From assembly GCA_934446465.1 (NCBI GenBank), contig CAKSEF010000003.1, positions 544 to 64,543 on the forward strand: a stretch of 64,000 nt of DNA, written 5' to 3'. Of this stretch, positions 1-8,351 are shown piece after piece. The DNA is from an uncultured Oscillospiraceae bacterium. GTDB lineage: Bacteria; Bacillota; Clostridia; Oscillospirales; JAAYXM01. The first letter of the stretch is position 1; the number at the start of each line of letters is the position of its first letter. The notes beneath the pieces are model-generated. The model was not told the DNA's origin. It did no database searches and worked only from the letters and a program-made list of their open reading frames with translations. The position numbers were made by a program, and so were the translations under genes.

Positions 1-150
1 CGTTGTCGTCGGGGGACAGGGAAATTACATTTGTATTCATAATACGGCGTACCAGCATAAAAAACCGCCTTTCATAAAAGTACAGGCACAGACAGTCAAA
101 TTATACCCGCGATTATGAAGCAGTATACAAAAACGTGCTGTAATTTGTAA

Positions 151-179
151 TTGTAAAAAAATCAAAACTGTGGTATTAT
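151..179 (+). promoter_or_regulatory. putative sigmaA promoter of the ROK regulator gene
   Basis: TTGTAA (151..156), 17 nt, TATTAT (174..179), with a TG extension (TGG at 171..173). Confidence 0.45.
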
Positions 180-205
180 ATTACAGTATAAAGGGGGATG
201 TAACG

Positions 206-1345
206 GTGGAAAATATCGGAAACGTAAGATTTATGCAGAAAATCAACCGCGAGAGGGTACTGAGCTTCATAAGGAAAAACAGCCCGGTTTCGCGCAACGA
301 ATTGTCTAAAGTTACAGGTCTGAGCCTTTCTTCCATTACAAATATCGTCAATCATTTGATGGATTTGAACCTTGTCGCTGAAACGGGGCGAATAAGAGCC
401 GAAGGCGCGGGACGGAAAGCGGTCAGCATCGAGTTCAATCCCTCGGCGATGAAGCTTCTTGCGGTCAATATCGAAACCGACGGTGCGGAAGTCGCGCTCA
501 CCGATTTGAGCGGCGGCATACTTGAAAGCAAAAGTGTGGAGATTGCCCGCGGGGCAAGTGCAAAAGATGTTTTGGAGGCGATGTCGGGAATCATCCTGAA
601 GCTCGCATCCGAGAGAGGAAACGTAAAGGCGATAGGCCTTGCGGTGTCGGGGCATGTCGATGACGACGGGGCAGTAAGCTCAAGTATAATGCACTGGGAG
701 CGCGAAAATATAGGAGCTGACATCGGAAAACTGACAGGACTTCCCGTGTGCATTGAAAATAATACAAAAACGAAATGCCTTTGGACATTACGCGCGCTTA
801 ACGACTGCGAACATGAAAACACGGTGTTTCTCGATATGTCGTCAGACGGCATAGGAATTGCAGCCGCAAGCGCGGGTGAGATAAACAAAAATGTTTCGGG
901 AGAGCTCGGGCATACACTTGTCTCAATAGGAGAGGGTTTATACAGACTCGAGGAGCTCTGCGCAACATCGCGTATGTCGAGAATATATGAGGAGCTTACG
1001 GGAACGAAGCTCTCACCCGAGAATGTATATAAAAAGGCCTGCTCGGGCGATGCTTCGGCAAAGCACGCCGTAGATTCGGTTTGCATGTATTTCTCGGCGG
1101 CAATTACAAATATAATCATGGTGTTTGAACCTGATTTGATTATTGTAAACGCATCCGGGTTTGCCGATATGCCCGGTTTGTACGGGGACGCAGTAAAAAG
1201 CTCGGTTGAGTATGTGTCTAAGCTTTCAATGAAAATCCCCGACTTCAGACAGGTTAATATCCGTTCAAACCAGTCGGCACAGGGCGCGGCACAGGCCGCG
1301 GCGGATATGCTCCTCGGACTTGACGGACCGGACGATATATTATAA
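206..1345 (+). CDS. ROK-family transcriptional regulator (N-terminal winged HTH plus ROK sugar-kinase-like body)
   Basis: ORF 170..1345. HTH-like segment RERVLSFIRKNSPVSRNELSKVTGLSLSSITNIVNHL is followed by a ROK-like body. GTG at 206 is preferred: AAGGGGGA lies 7-8 nt upstream, and the putative promoter at 151..179 would place position 170 outside the transcript. Confidence 0.8.
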   Translation: MENIGNVRFMQKINRERVLSFIRKNSPVSRNELSKVTGLSLSSITNIVNHLMDLNLVAETGRIRAEGAGRKAVSIEFNPSAMKLLAVNIETDGAEVALTDLSGGILESKSVEIARGASAKDVLEAMSGIILKLASERGNVKAIGLAVSGHVDDDGAVSSSIMHWERENIGADIGKLTGLPVCIENNTKTKCLWTLRALNDCEHENTVFLDMSSDGIGIAAASAGEINKNVSGELGHTLVSIGEGLYRLEELCATSRMSRIYEELTGTKLSPENVYKKACSGDASAKHAVDSVCMYFSAAITNIIMVFEPDLIIVNASGFADMPGLYGDAVKSSVEYVSKLSMKIPDFRQVNIRSNQSAQGAAQAAADMLLGLDGPDDIL

Positions 1346-1353
1346 CAAATAAA

Positions 1354-1394
1354 GAAGCGTCTCCCCCGATACACACGGGAGAGACGCTTTTTAT
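1354..1394. terminator. bidirectional intrinsic terminator between the ROK regulator gene and argH
   Basis: AGCGTCTCCCC / GGGAGAGACGCT stem (one bulge) followed by TTTTTA on the + strand and CTTTATTT on the - strand. Confidence 0.7.
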
Positions 1395-2770
1395 ATACGT
1401 TCTCTTGCATACTTAATTTGTTCCGTAACGGATTTTTCGCTTGTTCCGCCTGCGGAAATTCGCTTTTCTACACAAACCTTTAAACTAATCTCGTCATATA
1501 AGCTCTCGTCAAAGAGCGGGGAAAACTTTTTATATTCGGCAAGAGGGAGTGTTTCAAGAACACAACCGTCCGAGATACATTTGGCAACTATCTGACCGGA
1601 TATTTTGTATGCGCTTCTGAAAGGGAGTCCGTGCTTGACAAGCCAGTCTGCAAGGTCGGTTGCATTTATGAAGCCTTTCTGCGCAGCAACAAGCATGTTT
1701 TCCTCTATCGGTTTCATCGTGCTTATCATCGGAGTAAACACGTTTAAGCACATTTTGACCGTATCGAGCGCGTCAAATATACTCTCCTTATCTTCCTGCA
1801 TGTCTTTGTTATATGCGAGAGGGAGACCTTTTAACATAGTGAGAGTCGCAAGAAGGTCTCCGTAAACGCGTCCCGTCTTTCCGCGGACGAGCTCCGCCAT
1901 GTCAGGGTTCTTCTTCTGCGGCATGATTGATGACCCCGTCGTATATGCGTCGTCAAGCTCGATGAACTTAAATTCCCAGCTTGACCACAGTATAATTTCT
2001 TCCGAGAATCTGGAAAGGTGCATCATAATAAGCGATACGGCGGAAAGAAGCTCAACGCAGAAATCGCGGTCTGAAACCCCGTCGAGACTGTTCATGCAGA
2101 TATCGTCAAAACCGAGTTTTTCGGCTTCGAGATGCCTGTCCGTGTCATAGGTTGTTCCGGCGAGCGCACAGCACCCGATAGGCGAGACGTTCATTCTTTT
2201 TATGCAGTCGGAAACTCTGTCTAAATCGCGCAGAAGCATCATTGCATATGCCATAATGTGATGCCCGAACGTTATCGGCTGTGCGCGCTGTAGGTGCGTA
2301 TATCCGGGCATTATAGAGCATTTATAGGCTTCTGCTTTGTCGCATATGGCAGCGATAAGCTTCTTCAAAAGCTCTTTCAATTCATGAGCTTCATTTCTGA
2401 GATACATGCGCAAATCAAGCGCAACTTGGTCGTTTCGGCTCCTTGCGGTGTGGAGCTTCTTCCCGATATCGCCGAGGCGTGAGGTGAGCTCCTGCTCTAT
2501 GAACATATGAATATCCTCGCACGACATATCAAAAGAAAGCTTTCCCGAATCCAAATCCTCGAGTATATCCGACAGCCCGTTGATGAGTGCTGTTGACTCG
2601 TCATCGCTTATTATTTTTTTCGCACCGAGCATGGATGCGTGCGCCATGCTCCCGAGTATATCCTCACGGTACATTTTACAGTCGAAGCGTATGGAAGAAT
2701 TGAAGTCGTCCGCAATGGAATCGACGATTCCGGACGTGCGCCCTGCCCACATTTTCGGCATATTTTTCAC
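1391..2770 (-). CDS. argH: argininosuccinate lyase
   Basis: 459-aa ORF with fumarate-lyase superfamily signatures (GYTHLQRAQP, GSSIMPQKKNPD) and an ArgH-like N-terminus (MWAGRTSG). Sits directly downstream of argG. Exact start is ambiguous (ATG at 2770 or 2761). Confidence 0.95.
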   Translation of the reverse strand: MKNMPKMWAGRTSGIVDSIADDFNSSIRFDCKMYREDILGSMAHASMLGAKKIISDDESTALINGLSDILEDLDSGKLSFDMSCEDIHMFIEQELTSRLGDIGKKLHTARSRNDQVALDLRMYLRNEAHELKELLKKLIAAICDKAEAYKCSIMPGYTHLQRAQPITFGHHIMAYAMMLLRDLDRVSDCIKRMNVSPIGCCALAGTTYDTDRHLEAEKLGFDDICMNSLDGVSDRDFCVELLSAVSLIMMHLSRFSEEIILWSSWEFKFIELDDAYTTGSSIMPQKKNPDMAELVRGKTGRVYGDLLATLTMLKGLPLAYNKDMQEDKESIFDALDTVKMCLNVFTPMISTMKPIEENMLVAAQKGFINATDLADWLVKHGLPFRSAYKISGQIVAKCISDGCVLETLPLAEYKKFSPLFDESLYDEISLKVCVEKRISAGGTSEKSVTEQIKYARERI

Positions 2771-2782
2771 TCACTTTCGTAA

Positions 2783-2830
2783 AACAAGTCCTGTGCGTTT
2801 TGCACAGGGCTTGTTATTTTTTATTTTCCG
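2783..2830 (-). terminator. hairpin between argG and argH (possible partial terminator or attenuator)
   Basis: A 14-bp stem (2783..2796 with 2802..2815) with one non-Watson-Crick position. On the transcribed (-) strand it is followed by only UUUUAC. The long T-run lies on the non-coding orientation. Confidence 0.35.
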
Positions 2831-4035
2831 TCTACAACTGCCTGTACCTTAATCGGCAGTCCGAAGAGATTTATAAAGCCGGCCGAATCCTTCTGGTCAT
2901 AGTCGCTCTCTCCAAAGGTTGCAATTTCCTCACTGTACAGCGAATACGGACTTGTAACTCCCGCATTTATCATATTTCCTTTGTACAATTTAAGCTTAAC
3001 CGTGCCCGTAACCTTTTCCTGTGTTTTGTCAACGAAAGCGGAAAGTGCTTCGCGGAGCGGTGTGAACCACTGTCCGTTATAAACAAGCTCTGCAAAGGTG
3101 ATGGACAGGCGCTGTTTTTCGTGAAGTGTCATCTTGTCAAGACAGATGCTTTCAAGAACGCTGTGCGCCTTGTAAAGAATCGTTCCGCCCGGAGTTTCGT
3201 ATACTCCGCGGCACTTCATGCCCACAAGCCGGTTTTCGACAATATCGATAATGCCGATTCCGTTCTCTCCGCCCAGCTTATTAAGCTTAAGAATTATGTC
3301 CTTTGAGGAAAGCTTTTCGCCGTTGAGAGCAACGGGTACGCCTTTCTCAAAATCGAGAGTAATGTATGTCGGCTTGTCGGGTGCCTTAATCGGCGAAACA
3401 CCCATTTCAAGGAAACCGTCTTTTTCATACATCGGCTCGTTTGCCGTGTCTTCAAGATCAAGTCCCTCGTGCGAAAGATGCCAGAGATTCTTGTCCTTTG
3501 AATAGTTTGTTTCGCGGTTTATTTTAAGGGGAATATTGTGAGCTTCGGCATACTCTATTTCCTCATCACGCGATTTAATGTCCCACTCACGCCACGGGGC
3601 AATAATCGGCATATTGGGGGCAAAGTGCTTTATCGCAAGCTCAAAACGCACCTGGTCGTTGCCCTTTCCCGTGCATCCGTGAACGATTGCGTCGGCGCCC
3701 TCCTTTATTGCTATCTCGACAAGCCCCTTTGCGATGCAGGGACGCGCATGACTTGTCCCGAGAAGATACTCCTCGTATACGGCTCCGGCCTTCATTGTCG
3801 GAATAATGTACTCATCGACATATTCATCCGTCAGGTCAAGAGCATAATATTTTGAAGCGCCTGTTTTAATTGCCTTCTCTTCAAGACCGTCAAGCTCGTC
3901 GGCTTGCCCGACATTTCCCGAAACGGCGATTACTTCGCAGTTGTTGTAATTCTCCTTAAGCCACGGGATTATTATAGATGTGTCGAGCCCGCCCGAGTAG
4001 GCAAGGACGACCTTTTTTATGTTTTTCTTGTCCAT
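2821..4035 (-). CDS. argG: argininosuccinate synthase
   Basis: 404-aa ORF with the N-terminal ATP-binding motif [12 protein letters not shown] and ArgG-like sequence throughout. GGAGG RBS upstream of the ATG. Confidence 0.95.
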   Translation of the reverse strand: MDKKNIKKVVLAYSGGLDTSIIIPWLKENYNNCEVIAVSGNVGQADELDGLEEKAIKTGASKYYALDLTDEYVDEYIIPTMKAGAVYEEYLLGTSHARPCIAKGLVEIAIKEGADAIVHGCTGKGNDQVRFELAIKHFAPNMPIIAPWREWDIKSRDEEIEYAEAHNIPLKINRETNYSKDKNLWHLSHEGLDLEDTANEPMYEKDGFLEMGVSPIKAPDKPTYITLDFEKGVPVALNGEKLSSKDIILKLNKLGGENGIGIIDIVENRLVGMKCRGVYETPGGTILYKAHSVLESICLDKMTLHEKQRLSITFAELVYNGQWFTPLREALSAFVDKTQEKVTGTVKLKLYKGNMINAGVTSPYSLYSEEIATFGESDYDQKDSAGFINLFGLPIKVQAVVDGK

Positions 4036-4047
4036 GAAAGTTACCTC

Positions 4048-4065
4048 CGTTAATAATTATTCATC
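4048..4065 (-). promoter_or_regulatory. putative ArgR/AhrC operator (ARG box) between the argG promoter and RBS
   Basis: The minus strand reads GATGAATAATTATTAACG. Compare the ARG-box core TGAAT-wwww-ATTCA: TGAAT AATT ATTAA. Confidence 0.35.
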
Positions 4066-4076
4066 ACTATGGCGTT

Positions 4077-4105
4077 ATTATACATCGCGTTCGGCGGTAT
4101 GTCAA
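4077..4105 (-). promoter_or_regulatory. putative sigmaA promoter of argG-argH
   Basis: Minus strand TTGACA (4105..4100), 17 nt, TATAAT (4082..4077). Confidence 0.55.
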
Positions 4106-4113
4106 GCAAAAAA

Positions 4114-4129
4114 ATAATATTTATTCAAA
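4114..4129 (-). promoter_or_regulatory. second, weaker ARG-box-like sequence upstream of the argG -35
   Basis: The minus strand reads TTTGAATAAATATTAT (TGAAT AAAT ATTAT). Confidence 0.25.
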
Positions 4130-4132
4130 AAT

Positions 4133-4174
4133 AATGCAAAAATATACCGAGAGGTGGGAGACCCTCTCGGTATA
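4133..4174 (-). terminator. intrinsic terminator of the eda-like gene
   Basis: An 11-bp stem ATACCGAGAGG / CCTCTCGGTAT (4144..4154 with 4063+100..4173, that is 4163..4173), followed on the minus strand by ATATTTTTG. Confidence 0.7.
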
Positions 4175-4187
4175 AAATACAAAAAAA

Positions 4188-5153
4188 TTATTTTGCCTGG
4201 AGGAGATGAACGGCGAATCCGCCGAACTCTTTCTTGAGGTATGCAGCGACAAGAGGCTTGCCGGGAACACGCTTCGGATGTTCCTCGTCAATTTCATAGC
4301 CGAGTCTCTCAAGATAAGCGATAGCGCGAACGATGTTGTTCGTCTTGATAGCAATATGACCGTACTTTCCTAGACCGACAGCTTTATTAACCTCAATGCC
4401 GTCGCCTGCGAATACGGAGCTGTTGCCGTTCTTGACGGGGAATCCGAACGCATGGGAGAAGAGACCCGCAACTTCGAGAGCTTCTGCTTCGGATGTTCCG
4501 TTGATGCCTACATGAGCAAGCTGGAATCCGAGCATTTTCTGAACCGCTTCGCGTGTAAGACGCGTAATTTCCTCAAAGTTACCTGCCTTAACGAGGGCAT
4601 CTTTGACCATCCAGCTTCCGCCGCAGGCATGAATTTTGCCGAATGCGAGATAGGAGGTGATGTTATTTTCGTTAATTCCGCCTGTGGGCATGAACTTGAT
4701 TCCGCCGTAGGGCGCGCTCATTGCCTTAATAGCGGCAAGGCCTCCGCAGGCTTCCGCAGGGAAGAACTTGACAACCTCAAGCCCGAGCTCGATAGCCGCC
4801 TCAATGTCGGAAGGATTGCTGCATCCCGGAGTGATGGGGATGTTGCGCTCTACGCAATACTTAACAACCTTCGGGTTAAGTCCGGGGGAAACGATGAACT
4901 TTGCGCCGGCGGCAACTGCCTTGTCAACCTGCTCTGTTGTGAGAACGGTTCCGGCACCGATGAGCATATCGGGGTATGCCTTTGCCATTGCGCGTATAGA
5001 ATCCTCTGCTGCCGCTGTGCGGAATGTGATTTCCGCGAGGGGAAGACCTCCGTCTATAAGAGCTTTTCCGAGGGGAAGAGCATCTTCGGCATTATCAAGC
5101 TTTACAACAGGAACAATACCATAATCACCGATTTGCTTTAAAATTTCATTCAT
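4188..5153 (-). CDS. eda: KDPG/KHG aldolase (Eda family) with an additional C-terminal domain of about 114 aa
   Basis: The first ~205 aa match Eda-type class I aldolases (EITFRT, VVKFFPAE with the Schiff-base Lys, FMPTGGI). Residues ~208-321 are an extra domain with VOC/glyoxalase-like features (HVGING, GHIAIKT, FAVHLLQ). GGAGG RBS. Confidence 0.8.
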   Translation of the reverse strand: MNEILKQIGDYGIVPVVKLDNAEDALPLGKALIDGGLPLAEITFRTAAAEDSIRAMAKAYPDMLIGAGTVLTTEQVDKAVAAGAKFIVSPGLNPKVVKYCVERNIPITPGCSNPSDIEAAIELGLEVVKFFPAEACGGLAAIKAMSAPYGGIKFMPTGGINENNITSYLAFGKIHACGGSWMVKDALVKAGNFEEITRLTREAVQKMLGFQLAHVGINGTSEAEALEVAGLFSHAFGFPVKNGNSSVFAGDGIEVNKAVGLGKYGHIAIKTNNIVRAIAYLERLGYEIDEEHPKRVPGKPLVAAYLKKEFGGFAVHLLQAK

Positions 5154-5279
5154 GTGTTTGAGACCTCCTAAAATTTAACGGCATAATCTGCCATTATGTT
5201 TTACTAAAGCATATCACTTTTTTTTTGACTTTGCAAGCATATTGCAAATATATTTTAATAAAAATGTTGACGATATGTG

Positions 5280-5308
5280 TTGATAGAGCACGAAAAATGT
5301 GTTAATAT
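5280..5308 (+). promoter_or_regulatory. putative sigmaA promoter of the LCP gene
   Basis: TTGATA, 17 nt, TAATAT, with a TGT extended -10. Confidence 0.45.
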
Positions 5309-5360
5309 ATATGCGGTTTTCCGAAAAAACACAATGATACACTGAAAGAAGGAGAAGCTT

Positions 5361-6359
5361 GTGGCAAAAGAAAAAGACGCAAAAAAGCCGAAGAAAGCGA
5401 AAAAGGTTTTATTCTGGATTGCCGTTGTTTTGCTGTTTACGGTCGGAGTGTCATGTATCGGCATATCGGTAATGCTCGGGAGAATTAACAGGGGAGACGG
5501 AGAGTTTGACGATTCCGATCTCGGAGTATATGACGGTCTTTCCGATGAAATAAAGAATATAGCGGTGTTCGGAGTTGACGCACGCAAGGACGAGGTGTCG
5601 GGGCGCTCCGATGCGATGATGATTGTTTCGATAGATATAAAGCACCATAAGATAAAAGCTGTCTCAATAATGCGCGACAGCTTGGTCGATATCGAGGGGT
5701 ACGGCCGGCGCAAAATAAACAGCGCATACGCCCACGGCGGTGTGGAGCTGGCAATAAAAACGCTCAACAAAAACTTTAAGATGAATATAACCGATTACGT
5801 TTCGCTGAACTTTAATCAGCTTGCCGAAATAGTCGATGCGCTTGGCGGTGTCGACGTCAGCATAACGGAAGCCGAACGAAAAAATGCGAATAAGTATATA
5901 AAGGAAATGTGCGATGAGATAGGCAAAGAACCCGACCTCATAAAAAAAGCGGGAGAAGTTACCTTGTACGGATATCAGGCGGTTGCATATTCGCGTATAA
6001 GATATGTAGGAAATGCTGATTTTCAACGCACGGAGCGTCAGCGCGAGGTTATGGAGAAGCTTATGAACAAGGCGCTCGAAACAAGTGTGCTGAAATATCC
6101 GAGCTTGATTTCAAAGTTGCTCCCGATGGTGGAAACATCTCTGTCGAACGACGAAATATTAAACCTTGCCGGAGCAATGCTCTTAAAAGGCAAGCCGAGC
6201 TTTGAGCAGGGAAGATTCCCGCTTGACGGAAGCTATAAAACAAACAGCAGTTATTCAATGGAATACGACCTTGATGCCGCTGCGGATAAGCTTCACAGAT
6301 TTATCTACGACGATGAGCCGTTTTATCAGGAAAAAGAAACGGAAACAAAAGAGCAGTAA
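5361..6359 (+). CDS. LCP (LytR-CpsA-Psr) family cell-wall polymer transferase
   Basis: N-terminal Lys-rich cytoplasmic tail plus one TM helix, then an LCP core (FGVDARKDEVSGRSDAMMIVSID, INSAYAHGG, LNFNQLAEIVDALGGVDV). GTG start 6 nt after GAAGGAG. Confidence 0.85.
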   Translation: MAKEKDAKKPKKAKKVLFWIAVVLLFTVGVSCIGISVMLGRINRGDGEFDDSDLGVYDGLSDEIKNIAVFGVDARKDEVSGRSDAMMIVSIDIKHHKIKAVSIMRDSLVDIEGYGRRKINSAYAHGGVELAIKTLNKNFKMNITDYVSLNFNQLAEIVDALGGVDVSITEAERKNANKYIKEMCDEIGKEPDLIKKAGEVTLYGYQAVAYSRIRYVGNADFQRTERQREVMEKLMNKALETSVLKYPSLISKLLPMVETSLSNDEILNLAGAMLLKGKPSFEQGRFPLDGSYKTNSSYSMEYDLDAAADKLHRFIYDDEPFYQEKETETKEQ

Positions 6360-6390
6360 AATTCGCCCGCACAGCGGGCGAATTTTTATT
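6359..6390. terminator. bidirectional intrinsic terminator (LCP gene / S1-domain gene)
   Basis: An 11-bp stem AAATTCGCCCG / CGGGCGAATTT with a 5-nt loop and T-runs on both strands. The S1 gene stop codon lies in the T-run. Confidence 0.8.
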
Positions 6391-7327
6391 TATCAAACAC
6401 CGTAACTATTTCCTTTTTTGTACACTCGCGCGGCGAATACCGCCACTCCGAAATATGATTGGTTTTCGTGAAGTATTCGATTTTTTGTTTTTCCGCAGAT
6501 GCTTCGGCTTCTACGGAATCTATTATTATCAGCTTGATTTTCATTTTTTCGGGGACAATGCTCTTTATGTACACCGAAACCCGGCTCCCGACATTTATAT
6601 CATCGCGGTATTCGGCAAGACCCGAGAGGTTCGGCAAAAGCTCTATAAATATTCCGTAGTCCTCCACACCGCGTACAACTCCGCATACGGTTTGCCCGGG
6701 TTTGAATCTGTCGGCATTTTCCTGCCATGTGCCGAGAAGCTCGCGGTGCGATAGGGCAACCCTGCCTTTTTCTTCGTCCTTTCCGAGAATTACAGCTAAA
6801 ACACAGTCTCCGACGGATACCCTGTCCCGAGGGTGTGATATTCTCGAAACAGAGAGATTTTCTATCCCGATAAGCGAAGTAATTCCGCACCCGATATCCA
6901 CAAAAGCGCCGAACGGTTCCAAATGAGTAACACGGGCGGGGATTATGTCTCCGGGAATGAGTGTTTCCATAAAAAAAGCAAGAGCTTTTCTCTGCGCACC
7001 GACCCGCGAGAGCAGGAGCGGGATTTCCGAATGTTCATCTATGCCGCGGACAATGCAGGAAACGGGCTTTCCTACCTTTGATATTACGGCTATCTCGCGC
7101 GTTGAGCCCTCCTCAATTCCGAGTGCCGCCTCTTTGTACGGAATTATTCCGCGTTTTCCTCCCGCATCGACAATCAGGTTATGCTTGTCATCGCACAGGA
7201 CGGCCATGCCTTCAATTATCTCCTCGTTTTCCATTGCGGAAGAAAGATTTTGGAATGATGAAACCGTTTCGGTATTGCGTTTTGTATGTATTAACGACCC
7301 CTCGGGCAGGAACAAATTCCGCTGCAT
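6386..7327 (-). CDS. S1 RNA-binding domain protein (multiple S1/OB repeats)
   Basis: 313-aa ORF with repeated S1-like segments (GDIIPARVTHLEPFGAFVDIG; GQTVCGVVRGVEDYGIFIELL). Specific role not assignable. Confidence 0.7.
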   Translation of the reverse strand: MQRNLFLPEGSLIHTKRNTETVSSFQNLSSAMENEEIIEGMAVLCDDKHNLIVDAGGKRGIIPYKEAALGIEEGSTREIAVISKVGKPVSCIVRGIDEHSEIPLLLSRVGAQRKALAFFMETLIPGDIIPARVTHLEPFGAFVDIGCGITSLIGIENLSVSRISHPRDRVSVGDCVLAVILGKDEEKGRVALSHRELLGTWQENADRFKPGQTVCGVVRGVEDYGIFIELLPNLSGLAEYRDDINVGSRVSVYIKSIVPEKMKIKLIIIDSVEAEASAEKQKIEYFTKTNHISEWRYSPRECTKKEIVTVFDK

Positions 7328-7388
7328 ATTAAACCCTCCAATAATTAGGCTTTCTCATAATATATATGCAGCTAAATCGCGTTTATTG

Positions 7389-7431
7389 CAAAAAAAATGC
7401 CCCGCCGGAAGCACGATCGCTTCAGACGGGG
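7389..7431 (-). terminator. intrinsic terminator of the sugar phosphate isomerase gene
   Basis: GC-rich 13-position stem (11 pairs), 7400..7412 with 7419..7431, followed on the minus strand by CATTTTTTTTG. Confidence 0.7.
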
Positions 7432-7436
7432 TGTGA

Positions 7437-8210
7437 TTAACGGTTTGCCGAGTCGATGAGTTCTCGGAGTGCCTTTGCGTCTCTGTAGAAATTTTCGTCC
7501 GCATCGTCCTTTACAAACTCTATCATCGCATAGCGGACGGTATCGTCATTCTTAAAGAGAGAGAATCTCTCTGCCCATATATCCTTTGCATCTTCGAGCA
7601 GACAGCGTTCACGCTTGTCATCTATCCAATAAACGTGGAGATTTGTAAGCTTGCCGGTTGCGTATATGGCTTTTAATGAGTGCATCTGCTGCTCAAGCGG
7701 GATTTCCGTAAGCGCCTGCCAATAGGTGCAGAAGTTCTTCTCATTTACTTCAAGCAAAAGTAAGGCTTGGCTTGCCGGATTGTCATTGAGTGAGTAGCTG
7801 TGGCACTCGGTCGATAGAGTTATTCCGTATTCGGCAGCCTTTCTGCTTGCATTTATTGCTCCGTCAACAAGCATCATACGCCTTTCATGGCTCAGGTAAC
7901 AGGACGGCTCATGCCCGGGCCAAATGCGCATCTGCTTTGCTCCGAGTACTGCCGCACTCTCGAGAAAAGGGGTAATGTCCTGCTTTGAGCCGAGTGCATA
8001 ATAAGAGCCGTATGAAGAAACTTCAAGGCCTGCGCTCTTTGTCATATCTGCAACCTCGCGCGCGAGTTTAACGTCGCCCTCATGAACATGGGCATCGCTT
8101 GCCCACTCAATTCCGTCAAGACCGGCCTTTGCCGTGAGCTCTATTATTTCCTTTGGTGTTTTCTTTCTGAATGATACCGATGCAAACCCGGCTTTAAGCA
8201 TATATAACAC
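7437..8210 (-). CDS. sugar phosphate isomerase/epimerase (xylose-isomerase-like TIM barrel)
   Basis: 257-aa ORF with AP-endonuclease-2 / xylose-isomerase-like TIM-barrel character (AGLDGIEW, LGAKQMRIWPG). Has its own promoter and terminator. Substrate unknown. Confidence 0.6.
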   Translation of the reverse strand: MLYMLKAGFASVSFRKKTPKEIIELTAKAGLDGIEWASDAHVHEGDVKLAREVADMTKSAGLEVSSYGSYYALGSKQDITPFLESAAVLGAKQMRIWPGHEPSCYLSHERRMMLVDGAINASRKAAEYGITLSTECHSYSLNDNPASQALLLLEVNEKNFCTYWQALTEIPLEQQMHSLKAIYATGKLTNLHVYWIDDKRERCLLEDAKDIWAERFSLFKNDDTVRYAMIEFVKDDADENFYRDAKALRELIDSANR

Positions 8211-8240
8211 ACTTCTTTCCGAATGTTCTGATGTGAGTAC

Positions 8241-8269
8241 ATCATAACCGAAACGCTTTGTTTTGTCAA
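8241..8269 (-). promoter_or_regulatory. putative sigmaA promoter of the isomerase gene
   Basis: Minus strand TTGACA, 17 nt, TATGAT. Confidence 0.5.
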
Positions 8270-8288
8270 TAGCTTAGGTAAATGGGAG

Positions 8289-8317
8289 TTGAAATTTCTG
8301 TGTATATATGCTAGAAT
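8289..8317 (+). promoter_or_regulatory. putative sigmaA promoter of the aminotransferase-trpS operon
   Basis: TTGAAA, 17 nt, TAGAAT. Confidence 0.5.
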
Positions 8318-8351
8318 ATGAAAAGATTTTTAGTTTAAGAGGAATAAGACT

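Noticed and set aside
1-40. A possible 5' end of a divergently transcribed gene on the minus strand (ATG at 40..38, reading MNTNVISLSPDDN...).
   Set aside because: Only 13 codons are visible, with no convincing RBS. There is nothing on which to base a function call.
352-1410. A 352-aa ORF antisense to the ROK regulator gene.
   Set aside because: It lies entirely within a well-supported gene on the other strand. Its composition is low-complexity and Ser/Ala/Pro-rich, with no RBS and no recognisable motif. This is typical of shadow ORFs.
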